Positions 39,387 through 49,038 are shown, counted from the stretch's first letter. The stretch is 64,000 nucleotides of DNA from Butyrivibrio sp. (GCA_045646185.1 JAZRKG010000042.1:5300-69299); one strand, 5' to 3'. Numbers and translations are program-made. Notes: generated by a model from the sequence alone, not told the origin.

Positions 39387-40697
39387 ATGGATTCTAAAAC
39401 CAGGAAGATCTTTTTGAGTATTAGTGGGATTGCACTGATTATTCTAGTCGGTGTGACAGCTTTTGTTAGTATCAAGGCACATGTAAGCCCTAGTTTTTTT
39501 GACAATAGGCAGATAAATGAGCTTATTGATGCCAACTACGAGCAGGTTCAGGAAAATGGCTGGGCAGAGCTAAGGATTCCGGCATCTCTTCATGGAATTA
39601 AAGAGGAGAATTTTTCGCCCAATGCACTGGATGCTGCACAAAAGATAATAGATGCAGGGTATGATGCATATTTTATCGGAGGTGCTATCAGGGATCTTGT
39701 CATGGGCACAGAGACCATGGATTTTGATATTACCACCAATGCGCCTAATGATGCCATAGAGACTATTTTTGATAATGTAACATTTCATGACATTCCGTCG
39801 GGAGCTTCTTTTGCTTTTGTACATTATCCGGATGAGATAATAGATGTGGCCACCTGTGTCAATATTCCTGCGGAGTACTATGGCCTTAAAGGTGTGCCTG
39901 ATTTTGATCCGGATGAGATTTATTCAGATAATTTTATTTTCGACTCGTTTCAGAGAGATTTTACAATTAACGCAATTTATTATGATGTAAAAACTAAAGA
40001 GCTTGTGGACTATCATGGAGGACTTCACGATATTAGAGAAGGAATACTTGAGACTATGGTAGATGCCTCTGTAGCTGTCAGCGCAGATACAAGAAAGGCA
40101 GTCCGTGGTTTGAGATTTAAAGCAAGGTATGGATTTGAATTTTCAGATAGCTTCGAAAAAGCCATGAGAGAAAATGCACCTTCATATGTCGCAGAGGCGG
40201 CTGACTCTAATAGTTTTAATGTCCCTAAGTTTTTTAATGCAGGATATGCTCAAAAAAGCTATGAAGTCCTTTGTGATTACGGAGCATTCACAGTTTTATT
40301 CAGTCCTATATCTGATATATATGAATCAGAATACTATCAGGATTATATAAATAACGCTATGAAATGGATGGATGAGTATTATGAGGACAATGGCGAATTG
40401 GATGCCGCACTTGCGATGGCAGTTATCCTCTATCCTGCTTATGAAGCCACTGAAGATGCAGAGACTGTATTGGATGAGCAGAACAGTACTTACACGTTAA
40501 GTAGTGAAGAAAAAGAATACTACAAGAACCTCTTTTTACTGGAAACAGAAATGGAGAAGGCAGCAGGCACTGATAGAGCCTCTGAGTTACTTACAAGAGA
40601 AGATTTTGATAATGCCTATAAAATGCTTGCTATCAGAGCTGTTACTAATGACAGTCTAAGTGAAGCAGTGAATTTTTATACAAAATTAATAAATTGA
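39387..40697 (+). CDS. CCA-adding/poly(A) polymerase-family nucleotidyltransferase with N-terminal membrane anchor
   Basis: GGAIRD...DFDITT, QRDFTINAIYYD and ADTRKAVRGLRF; N-terminus RKIFLSISGIALIILVGVTAFV. Confidence 0.87.
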   Translation: MDSKTRKIFLSISGIALIILVGVTAFVSIKAHVSPSFFDNRQINELIDANYEQVQENGWAELRIPASLHGIKEENFSPNALDAAQKIIDAGYDAYFIGGAIRDLVMGTETMDFDITTNAPNDAIETIFDNVTFHDIPSGASFAFVHYPDEIIDVATCVNIPAEYYGLKGVPDFDPDEIYSDNFIFDSFQRDFTINAIYYDVKTKELVDYHGGLHDIREGILETMVDASVAVSADTRKAVRGLRFKARYGFEFSDSFEKAMRENAPSYVAEAADSNSFNVPKFFNAGYAQKSYEVLCDYGAFTVLFSPISDIYESEYYQDYINNAMKWMDEYYEDNGELDAALAMAVILYPAYEATEDAETVLDEQNSTYTLSSEEKEYYKNLFLLETEMEKAAGTDRASELLTREDFDNAYKMLAIRAVTNDSLSEAVNFYTKLIN

Positions 40698-40821
40698 AAG
40701 AGTCCCTTTAATTATGTTTATTCGTATATAAATATAAGTAATCATAAGACATTTGTTTAGAAAACGGCTAGTGCAATTGTTATCGCAATAGAGTATACTC
40801 ATAATAGGAGATAACGTACAC

Positions 40822-41253
40822 ATGGTTACTGAGATATATAAAGAAGATGTCAAAAAGTTCATGCACCTGGCAGATAGCCGTATATGGAAGAAAGCCATAA
40901 TAAATCAGGCTCATATCCTGGGCAGTATCATGGATACAGAGGATGGCAATATTCCAGCCGGCGTAATGATTTACTATATCAAAAAGGATGTATCATCTGT
41001 CCAAAGACCTTTTCTGCATGTGAAGTGGGTATATGCATCTGCAGCCATATCTGAGAAAGAAAAGGTATACAAGGACTTATTTGATGAAGTGGAGGCTGTT
41101 GCAAAAAGACTGAATATTAAACTTATATCTATATCAATACCGTTGGTGGAGGAATATAACTGTGAAGGACTTGCCATTTACATAGATAGGAGAGGGTATG
41201 ATCTTGTAGTTGGCAATAACGACAATATTGATGCAGTGCTTAATCTTGGTTGA
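40822..41253 (+). CDS. Degenerate GNAT-fold protein
   Basis: PAGVMIY...LHVKWVYAS...YIDRRGY follows the GNAT secondary-structure pattern but lacks the RxxGxG motif. Confidence 0.6.
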   Translation: MVTEIYKEDVKKFMHLADSRIWKKAIINQAHILGSIMDTEDGNIPAGVMIYYIKKDVSSVQRPFLHVKWVYASAAISEKEKVYKDLFDEVEAVAKRLNIKLISISIPLVEEYNCEGLAIYIDRRGYDLVVGNNDNIDAVLNLG

Positions 41254-41281
41254 TGTCTGCGTGAAATAGGAGGTTTTTGCC

Positions 41282-43921
41282 ATGTTTAGTAATGAAGACA
41301 AAAAATCACTCGAGAAATTCAAAAAATCCTTTGGCACTTTTAATGAAGAGCAAAATGAGATTGAAAAACAACAGGATCTTAACAAAAGTTTTGATCAGCT
41401 TCCCGGAGTGCAGAAGCAGATTAAAAAAGTTTTAAATTCTGAATCAGGAAGCGAGCATAAGGAAAAAGAACTGAATCAGGTCAATCAGATTCCTCAGAAT
41501 ATTGCACAGCAGGATCAGGTCAATGTCAATAATGTTGCCAATGTAATGCTTAATGAATTAAAGCCGAAGGAGCAGATGAAAAATCTGCTGAATAGGGTTG
41601 GCGAGCAGGAGCTTAATTCACTCAAGAATAAATGCAAAAAAATAGCAGAAGACGGTGACAAGATCAATACCAATACATTTGCTGAGTTTAAAGAAGCTTC
41701 AATGGAATTGGATGAGTATCTGCGAGGCATCGAAGATACAACTAAAGAATACAATGCAGATGATTACGACAAGATGGTAACTGCCATACTGAGACTGTAT
41801 GAAGCTGCCAGTGGATATATAAGCACTCATTCCCGCAAAAATGACAGATACAATGCTGCACAGGATATTGTCAATTCTCTTACCAAGATCATAGATCCAA
41901 ATGCCAATGCTCAGGACAATAATATAGTTATTAAGAATCCGACTGCGGAAGAAGTTACAAGAGCCAAAGCAGCCAAAAAACCGCTTATTAACCTCTATGA
42001 GAATTATCTCAAGTTCTGTAAAGAACTGGCAGAGAATCCTTTTGAGACCCCGGAGGAAAAACTAAACAGAAAACTATCTCTCTTTAATTCACATAAGGTA
42101 TATTTTGATGATTATGAAAAAGCTGATCATAAAAGCGTACCAAAAGAAATTAAGGAGCTTATAAAAGAAAGAAGCAGATTACAAGGAGAACTTAGTTTCA
42201 GGCTTAAGTGCAGTAAGACTCTCCATAAGATGAAAAATAAGGATGGAGAATTCGAAGAAAAAACTGAGCTTGAGAAGAGAAATGAAGAGCTTGATAAGGG
42301 TGTGACACACGCACAGGCAGCTAAAATTGCTGAAATAGACAGATGGCTCCTTAGAAATTATAACAATGGAGGTATGGTAGGTGCCTTCAGAAGCAAGGTT
42401 AAAAAGAACAGATCTGAGTTTATTTTTAACCTGTTATCTCTCTCCAAGAGAGAGAGACTCTTTATTTATTACATGATAGAGACGAGATCTCGTACCAAGC
42501 CAGATGAGCGAGGCAACGACATGATCTACTCTCAGCAGAGATATGTTCCATCTCTGAGTAATTTTAAAGATAAGATGGTTGCTACCAAGTGGAAGTTTTC
42601 AAAGAGATTTACCGGAGATTATATATATTGGGATAAACTTGATCAGGCTATGAGTCAGATGGGAGCTCAGGCTAATCAGGAGATCCTGCAAGAAAATTTC
42701 CTTGAGCACCAAGGCAATGTGAAAGCTCTGTCAGCAGATTATAAGTCTGTTAAAACCAAGAAAAATACGCCTGTTTCTGATGCATTGAAAGGTACAAAAG
42801 GTGAGCTTGGTGAGTTAAAGACTAAGAGAGATTATATTAAGATCCTCTTTGATGCAGCTGAAGAGTTCAAACTTACAGAAGCGGATAATGGAACACTTGA
42901 TCTTTCAATATTTGAAGATCCAGAGGTCAAACTTGGAAGAAAGGTCGCATCTTCCGTAATAACAGCGCCTCTTGGAGTTATATCAACTGTTGACTATCTC
43001 TTGACTCTAAAGAAAAACTTCAAGGATATAGATAAACCAGAAGTTATCACTGCTGTATATGATATGATTCTTTCATTTGCCAAAAGCACACAAGGTATAC
43101 TTAAGGCAACAAATGACATAGGTACAGCTGTCAAAAAGCTCCATGGTAAAATTCCTGAAGGCTGGAAGATGATGGGCTTCCTCAACAAGGATTTTATGAC
43201 ACAGGTGGCTCCGGTAGTTGGAGTTGCAAATCTGGCATCTAAAGCAGTTTCAGCAGGATTGCTGACTTATAGAAGTACAAAATCTACTAGTGCTCATAAA
43301 GCAATAGCCAATAAGATCACACGTATGCATGAAAGCGGTACTGACAAGACTAAAGAAGGCAAAGAAGAGATTGAAAAAGATACAGCTTTATTGAGCCTTA
43401 ATAGAAAGGTTATCGGTTACAAAGCTAAAAAGCTTGCCATGGGCACCGTAAACGCAGGATTAGGAGTGGCTACAGCAATATTTACCGGAGTGGCATTCCC
43501 ACTTTCAGCTATCAGTGCAGTTTACGCAACCGTTACAACTGTAATAGAAGCTGTGATGGAGAATAATCTTGCCAAGTGGATCTTTGATAAATATTTCAAG
43601 ATAGATGAGCAGTATAAAGAGCTTGTAGCAAAATTTAAAGTAAAACGCCCTGATGAGTATAAATTAAAGAGAAAGCTTCGTGAAAAGGTTGCAAGCCAAA
43701 ATAATTGCACTTCTGTTCATTCAGCTATTACTCATGTAGGAAACGATTATGCAGATTATGTACTTAAGAAGATAAATGATAACACTCTTGATGCTGCAGG
43801 TAAGCAACCATACATAGATCTGATCAAATCCTATGGATTGAAGATCAAGAAGGCAACAAAACCAAACGAAAAAGATCAACCTACAAGATCAGCTTTATCT
43901 AGAAAAATCATAGGTAAATAA
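41282..43921 (+). CDS. 879-aa putative effector or translocator with C-terminal hydrophobic Gly/Ala-rich helices
   Basis: Q/N-rich N-terminus, charged helical middle, and segments VAPVVGVANLASKAVSAGLL and GTVNAGLGVATAIFTGVAFPLSAISAVYATVTTVIEAVM; no signal peptide. Confidence 0.65.
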   Translation: MFSNEDKKSLEKFKKSFGTFNEEQNEIEKQQDLNKSFDQLPGVQKQIKKVLNSESGSEHKEKELNQVNQIPQNIAQQDQVNVNNVANVMLNELKPKEQMKNLLNRVGEQELNSLKNKCKKIAEDGDKINTNTFAEFKEASMELDEYLRGIEDTTKEYNADDYDKMVTAILRLYEAASGYISTHSRKNDRYNAAQDIVNSLTKIIDPNANAQDNNIVIKNPTAEEVTRAKAAKKPLINLYENYLKFCKELAENPFETPEEKLNRKLSLFNSHKVYFDDYEKADHKSVPKEIKELIKERSRLQGELSFRLKCSKTLHKMKNKDGEFEEKTELEKRNEELDKGVTHAQAAKIAEIDRWLLRNYNNGGMVGAFRSKVKKNRSEFIFNLLSLSKRERLFIYYMIETRSRTKPDERGNDMIYSQQRYVPSLSNFKDKMVATKWKFSKRFTGDYIYWDKLDQAMSQMGAQANQEILQENFLEHQGNVKALSADYKSVKTKKNTPVSDALKGTKGELGELKTKRDYIKILFDAAEEFKLTEADNGTLDLSIFEDPEVKLGRKVASSVITAPLGVISTVDYLLTLKKNFKDIDKPEVITAVYDMILSFAKSTQGILKATNDIGTAVKKLHGKIPEGWKMMGFLNKDFMTQVAPVVGVANLASKAVSAGLLTYRSTKSTSAHKAIANKITRMHESGTDKTKEGKEEIEKDTALLSLNRKVIGYKAKKLAMGTVNAGLGVATAIFTGVAFPLSAISAVYATVTTVIEAVMENNLAKWIFDKYFKIDEQYKELVAKFKVKRPDEYKLKRKLREKVASQNNCTSVHSAITHVGNDYADYVLKKINDNTLDAAGKQPYIDLIKSYGLKIKKATKPNEKDQPTRSALSRKIIGK

Positions 43922-43935
43922 AGTGGAGGATAGCC

Positions 43936-44487
43936 ATGGATAGAAATAAGATCAAACAACAGAGGGAAAAATTATTAAAAAAAGCTTGTGATGAACTCAC
44001 AGAAGAAATGATACCTGCTCTTTTTAAAGATAAGGAAGAAAGCGGTATAGAGGATGGAGAACTGGCAATCCTTTTTGATGAGTTGGGAAGCAACAATGAT
44101 GAAGCATTTGGTGAGTTTTTCTTCAATCCTATAATGTCAGATGAAGATGCGGTCCAGTACTACACCTGCCTGATCATACTGACAGAAGAAGTAGACAAGG
44201 ACAAGCTTCCACTGTTATATGAGGCGCTAACCTTTATCAATTATTATCTCCCATTTGGCTGCTTTGCTATTGATGGAGATAACGAGAGCATTGTATACAA
44301 ATACGTTCAGGCGCTTCCTATCAATATGAAAGATGATGCTCTGTATGAGCAGATACAGATAGCTATGGGCAATGCAATAACTATTGCCGACAGCAATATC
44401 AATCTTGTCCTTAGTATTGAGGATGGAACTATGGACATGGATGATGTAAAACAGATCTTTGATAGCAGTAGCCTTGAAGGGGAATAA
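43936..44487 (+). CDS. Small acidic CesT/YbjN-like (type III chaperone fold) protein
   Basis: Very acidic 183 aa; LYEALTFINYYLPFGCFAIDGDNESIVYKY resembles the chaperone alpha2-beta4-beta5 signature (L..N.....G.F.lD......Y). Confidence 0.65.
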   Translation: MDRNKIKQQREKLLKKACDELTEEMIPALFKDKEESGIEDGELAILFDELGSNNDEAFGEFFFNPIMSDEDAVQYYTCLIILTEEVDKDKLPLLYEALTFINYYLPFGCFAIDGDNESIVYKYVQALPINMKDDALYEQIQIAMGNAITIADSNINLVLSIEDGTMDMDDVKQIFDSSSLEGE

Positions 44488-44489
44488 AT

Positions 44490-47453
44490 GTGCCTAAAGA
44501 TGTTGAATCTAAAGCAGTAGACGATAACAAATTAGATGATGATCAATTTGAAGATGCCAGATCCTCAATAGATGAAGAGGCATTCCTAAATTATGATGAG
44601 AATCATGATGTAGCTCCCTTAGATAATAAGGGGGCTATTCATGCTGTAGAAAACCCGGAAGTTAAGGAAGAACCAAAAGAAATAGTAGAGGTCAAGGAAG
44701 AACCAAAAGAAAAAGTTGTAGAAGAACAAAATAAAGAACTCAAAGCACCTGCTGCAGAAAAGCCACTGGACAACAAAGAAGTGGAAGAAGTTAATATCAG
44801 CTCAGATTTTGACCTTGATGCAACTGTATCGATAGACAGTGAACTCAAATCTGAGAATGAACAGGATCAAGGGAAAGTTGCGGCATATAACAAGGAAGGC
44901 AAGAATTTAGAGACTCTTGAAAAAGACAAAACAGAGACACAAGATCAGATTAAGATCGTGGATAAAGAAATAGAATATGTCAAGGATACTGATGAATTCA
45001 AGAGAAAAGAAAAGGTGCTCACTGATAAGGTATCGTTTCATGATAATAATATAGATAAACTAAAAAGCTGGGCAGAGGAAAAGAATGAAGGAGAACTGAA
45101 TGCCGAAGCTTTTAAATTCTATAAAGAGACGATAGGCACAGATGGTCTGGACAAGGCTTTTGAAGCTGAGGCAGATAAAGAAGCCAAAAAGAGACTGGCT
45201 ACCAGAGAGGCTTTGATAGCTTTTGAGAAAAAGAGAATGACGGATGCCAGTAAGGGTGATAAAGAGCTCTTATTAAAACTTTTTGAGTATCTTACCGAAA
45301 AAGGCATCAAAAAATTTGAGGAACCAAGTCCTGATTTTGCTTCATTTTACTACACAATCGCCAAACCTGTGGCGAAAGAAGAAGATAGTGAGCTGTTCAC
45401 AGACGAGGAAATCTTAAAGGCAGAAAGAAAGCGTATAGATGAGGAATCTTACAATGAAAGTAAGAGGGTAGAGCAGTATGTGAAAAAGCTTGAAGAGCTT
45501 GGTATCACAGAAGATAAGATGAATCTTCCTAATAAGGATTTTGCTGAATATTACAAAAAAAATGGAGGTAAATTTTATTTCCAGGAATCTATTATAAATG
45601 GCCTTGTGGATGTAAATAAGATTATTGACATAGAGGTTGCTGAACTTAGCAGAGACAAGGCAACTAAAAATGCTTATGAAATTTATAAAATGTTAGCAGA
45701 TAGTCGTAAGAAATATGAAAATGAGACTGATGTTGTACAGGAAATGATGATGGAAATCATCAGGAGTAATTTTTTTGGAACGAATGGATTCAAATTATCT
45801 GACGTAGAGAGTGAGAGCTACAGATTTGCTACAGCTGCCGATATTATTAAATACGAGAAAGGCAAAGTAAAAGAGGAAGAACGTAAACTGTTTGATGGTA
45901 AGAATACTGTTGGTGATCTGATAAAAAGTCTCAGCTCCTATTATAAAGAAGAGAAAAAAGATCCTCTTGATCTTATAAGAGAGAATGTTGATATTGAGAC
46001 TCTTATAAAATATGAGGACGACCAGAGAAAGCTTGCAGCTAAAAATCATGATATGAAAAATGAAGGCATACATTCATATCGAAGAAGCTCTCTTTATGGA
46101 ATATATGAATATATAAAAGAATTACCGGATGAAGAGCAGAGAAAGGAACAGATCAAAATCCTTAAAGCCGATTATTTCAGTGGCAAATTAGATAGATTTC
46201 ATACTTCATCAAAAGATGTAGATGAAAAGGCCATGGACTTTTTACAGGCTGCTGTTGAAGGCAAGTATATTGCAGATAATGAAGAAATTATTGCCATACT
46301 AAAAGATGAAGTCAAGAAAAGGGCTTTTTCAAAAGAGTTCATGTTTTCTGATAATCATCATCTGCTTTTGAAAAAACTAAAGGCTTTTCAGGAAAAGAAC
46401 CCTTCTGATGAAGAAATGCTAAAGTTCTACCAAAAGGAAAGAGGACTTGATTTCTCACATTATTCCAAGGATATGGCTGAGAAAAATAAAGGCAAACTGC
46501 GCCAGGAAATAACTCTGGATCAGATGTATATGTATGCCACGAGTAAATTAAAAGACATGACACGCCTATCCTGGAGCACTAGAAAACTGAAAGGGCTTGA
46601 TGATTCCAAAGTCACCAACCGTTTTGACAGGATACAGGCTCTTATGCAGTTTAGGGATAGTGAAGAATACAGCCAGCTTGATGAAGCTACAAGGAGACAG
46701 AAATTAAAAGATCTATATCTGGGTGAGCTCAAAGCAGGCGGCGCACTTGAAAAGTATGCCTACAATATGGACAAAACAATAGCCACTCCGCGCATGATAC
46801 TTGATCATGAGAAAAAGCTCATACATGATGAAAATCTAAAGAAAGTCAAAGATCTGGAGCTCCTCAGATCCGGAAGAGTCAGCGAGTTCAAGGAAACTGT
46901 GAACCAAGGTGGAAATGATTATACTGCATGGCTGAAAACAGTATTAAAGACAGTCAGGGGCAGTGCGGTGAATAAAAAAACTGATGGTAAACTCATAGAC
47001 ATCGTCACTCCTATGGATATATTGTCCTACCAGCATTCTCTGTTCAAAAAGAGTGGTGAAAAATATGAGGAAAGACTTCTGATGCTTAAAGATGATAGAT
47101 ATAAAGATAAAGAAGTCTGTGAAGCGTACATAAGTAAATATGGCGGAGAAGACTTTTTCAAGTCTAAGACCGAACAGATTGATAAACTTAAAAAGACTCT
47201 GATAGCAGCATTTATCCAAAAAGGAACCTTCAGTTATGACAGACTTCTGAAATATGAGGAAGATAAAAAGAATAATTATCAGAAGGAAAAGGATAATCTC
47301 GCACAGAAAGAGATTGAGAGACATAAGCAGAGGAAGCGGTTATTAAATAGCAATTTGAAAAAGATAAATGAAGCAATCAAAGAATTAAAAAAACAAAAGC
47401 CTAAAGAAGCAGAAAAAGAAATAGAAAAAGCAGTAGAAGCAGCAAACGTATAA
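44490..47453 (+). CDS. 987-aa charged helical-repeat protein (putative effector)
   Basis: Acidic disordered N-terminus with a duplicated EVKEEPKE, recurring (D/E)xhhx(Y/H/F)E helical motif, coiled coils; no signal peptide or TM. Confidence 0.65.
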   Translation: MPKDVESKAVDDNKLDDDQFEDARSSIDEEAFLNYDENHDVAPLDNKGAIHAVENPEVKEEPKEIVEVKEEPKEKVVEEQNKELKAPAAEKPLDNKEVEEVNISSDFDLDATVSIDSELKSENEQDQGKVAAYNKEGKNLETLEKDKTETQDQIKIVDKEIEYVKDTDEFKRKEKVLTDKVSFHDNNIDKLKSWAEEKNEGELNAEAFKFYKETIGTDGLDKAFEAEADKEAKKRLATREALIAFEKKRMTDASKGDKELLLKLFEYLTEKGIKKFEEPSPDFASFYYTIAKPVAKEEDSELFTDEEILKAERKRIDEESYNESKRVEQYVKKLEELGITEDKMNLPNKDFAEYYKKNGGKFYFQESIINGLVDVNKIIDIEVAELSRDKATKNAYEIYKMLADSRKKYENETDVVQEMMMEIIRSNFFGTNGFKLSDVESESYRFATAADIIKYEKGKVKEEERKLFDGKNTVGDLIKSLSSYYKEEKKDPLDLIRENVDIETLIKYEDDQRKLAAKNHDMKNEGIHSYRRSSLYGIYEYIKELPDEEQRKEQIKILKADYFSGKLDRFHTSSKDVDEKAMDFLQAAVEGKYIADNEEIIAILKDEVKKRAFSKEFMFSDNHHLLLKKLKAFQEKNPSDEEMLKFYQKERGLDFSHYSKDMAEKNKGKLRQEITLDQMYMYATSKLKDMTRLSWSTRKLKGLDDSKVTNRFDRIQALMQFRDSEEYSQLDEATRRQKLKDLYLGELKAGGALEKYAYNMDKTIATPRMILDHEKKLIHDENLKKVKDLELLRSGRVSEFKETVNQGGNDYTAWLKTVLKTVRGSAVNKKTDGKLIDIVTPMDILSYQHSLFKKSGEKYEERLLMLKDDRYKDKEVCEAYISKYGGEDFFKSKTEQIDKLKKTLIAAFIQKGTFSYDRLLKYEEDKKNNYQKEKDNLAQKEIERHKQRKRLLNSNLKKINEAIKELKKQKPKEAEKEIEKAVEAANV

Positions 47454-47498
47454 CAAAAAATATTAAAAAACTAAAATGACATAAGGAGATCAACGTTA

Positions 47499-48410
47499 AT
47501 GGAAAAAGAGGGGAAATTTAGCAGAGATCAAAAAATTTTACTTGTAACATCATGTATTTTGTATGTACTGGTCATATTTGGATTTTTTAATTTTGATCTA
47601 TATCTGATCGTAGTACTTTTTGTGCTTCACAGTATTTCACTTATACTTTTTGCCTATGTGTCAGTGCAGGTAAAGTCTGCGCCGGAGGGACTTGATGAGC
47701 TTAGACAAGAGATAGGGATACTTCGTGCAGAAAATGCTCAGACTGTCAGAGATTTTGATTCCAAGTTAGCGACCTTGACTAAGGAAAAGGAAGAATTGGA
47801 ACTGTGCCTTCAGGATGAAAAGGTAAAAAACGAAGAGCTGAAAAATGCTCTTGAAAAAGAAAAAAATCTCAGCGAAGAAAAGGTATTTTTTGAAAGTAAT
47901 AATGAAGATGTATTATCATCTCTTTTGCCACCGGCGGTGGATGGAGAGGAAAACCGCATTGTTGATATCATATCAATAGCACGAGAAGCTTCTGAAGAAT
48001 TAAAGGAAGCTGCCCGCCAGGTGGGCTTGTCTATAAATGTGGTGGCAACAGATGAGACACTTATGGTAAAAGCTAGTGCAAGACGCATCAAGATCATGTT
48101 CAGGAATATCATAGACAATTCTATCAAGTACATGAAAAAAGAAGGCGCTCTTGTTATTACCATTTCAACAATTAATGACGATATATTTATAGTACTAAAG
48201 GACAGTGGAAACGGCCTGTCAGAAAATGAAACAAAACATATATTTGAACTTAATTTCCAGGGAAGTAACCGCATCAGTGGGAATGGACTTGGTCTAACTC
48301 AGGCAAAGGCAATAGTGGATTATTACGGTGGTAATATCTATGCACGTAGTAGCGAAGGCAAAGGAATGGGTGTTTATATCCAGCTTCCGGCAGAGACTTC
48401 AAAACAGTGA
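47499..48410 (+). CDS. Membrane HATPase_c (histidine-kinase ATPase) protein lacking an H-box
   Basis: N box NIIDNSIKY, G1 DSGNG, F box and G2 GNGLGL; 2 TM and a coiled coil; no phosphoacceptor His motif. Confidence 0.82.
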   Translation: MEKEGKFSRDQKILLVTSCILYVLVIFGFFNFDLYLIVVLFVLHSISLILFAYVSVQVKSAPEGLDELRQEIGILRAENAQTVRDFDSKLATLTKEKEELELCLQDEKVKNEELKNALEKEKNLSEEKVFFESNNEDVLSSLLPPAVDGEENRIVDIISIAREASEELKEAARQVGLSINVVATDETLMVKASARRIKIMFRNIIDNSIKYMKKEGALVITISTINDDIFIVLKDSGNGLSENETKHIFELNFQGSNRISGNGLGLTQAKAIVDYYGGNIYARSSEGKGMGVYIQLPAETSKQ

Positions 48411-48423
48411 GTGAGGTAGACTA

Positions 48424-49020
48424 ATGAAAAAGAATTCACAATATATGATTTTTATGATCATTTTTTACGTACTTGTTGCATTCTTTGCTTTTGCATTTCT
48501 GAGCAGGGATCTGTCTGTTTTTAACAGAAAATATGTGGATGAAGTAATAGAAGCACAGCAATCTGAAAGCGTAGTCGGAAATATAGCAGCTACTACGCAG
48601 TATGAGGCTGTAAAAGTTGAGATAGAGGAAGTGACCAAGGCAATAGAGGCAACTTCTGAGGCTTCGGCAGAGACTTCTGAAGAGATAGTAGTTGAGGAGA
48701 CTGTTTCTACAGAGGAAGTATCATCTGAAGAAGTAGTGGAAACAGAAACTGACGAGGAGATAGCGTATTACTCTTATACTACCAACAATACATCAGCTAT
48801 CCTGAGAGTCAGAGAGGAACCTTCCATCAATTCAACAGTATTACAAAAGCTGAATCCCAGATCAAAGGGATATGTTCTTGAAAAAGGTGAAGAGTGGTGC
48901 AAGGTTGTTACAGCTGACAATGTAGTAGGATACTGCTCAACAGAATTTTTGGATCTTGAGGAAATAGATAAAGAAGACTTCCCTGAAGAATATGTGGAAC
49001 TAGTTACCAGTACCAGATAA
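48424..49020 (+). CDS. Membrane-anchored SH3b-domain protein
   Basis: N-terminal TM, E/T/S-rich linker, LRVREEPSINSTVLQKL...EWCKV...GYCSTEFL. Confidence 0.85.
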   Translation: MKKNSQYMIFMIIFYVLVAFFAFAFLSRDLSVFNRKYVDEVIEAQQSESVVGNIAATTQYEAVKVEIEEVTKAIEATSEASAETSEEIVVEETVSTEEVSSEEVVETETDEEIAYYSYTTNNTSAILRVREEPSINSTVLQKLNPRSKGYVLEKGEEWCKVVTADNVVGYCSTEFLDLEEIDKEDFPEEYVELVTSTR

Positions 49021-49038
49021 CCAGACTGGAGGAGTTTG

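Noticed and set aside
39387-40697. Assigning cca or pcnB (and ppaC to 25827-26948)
   Set aside because: N-terminal TM anchors and altered motifs argue for specialised paralogues, so symbols were withheld.
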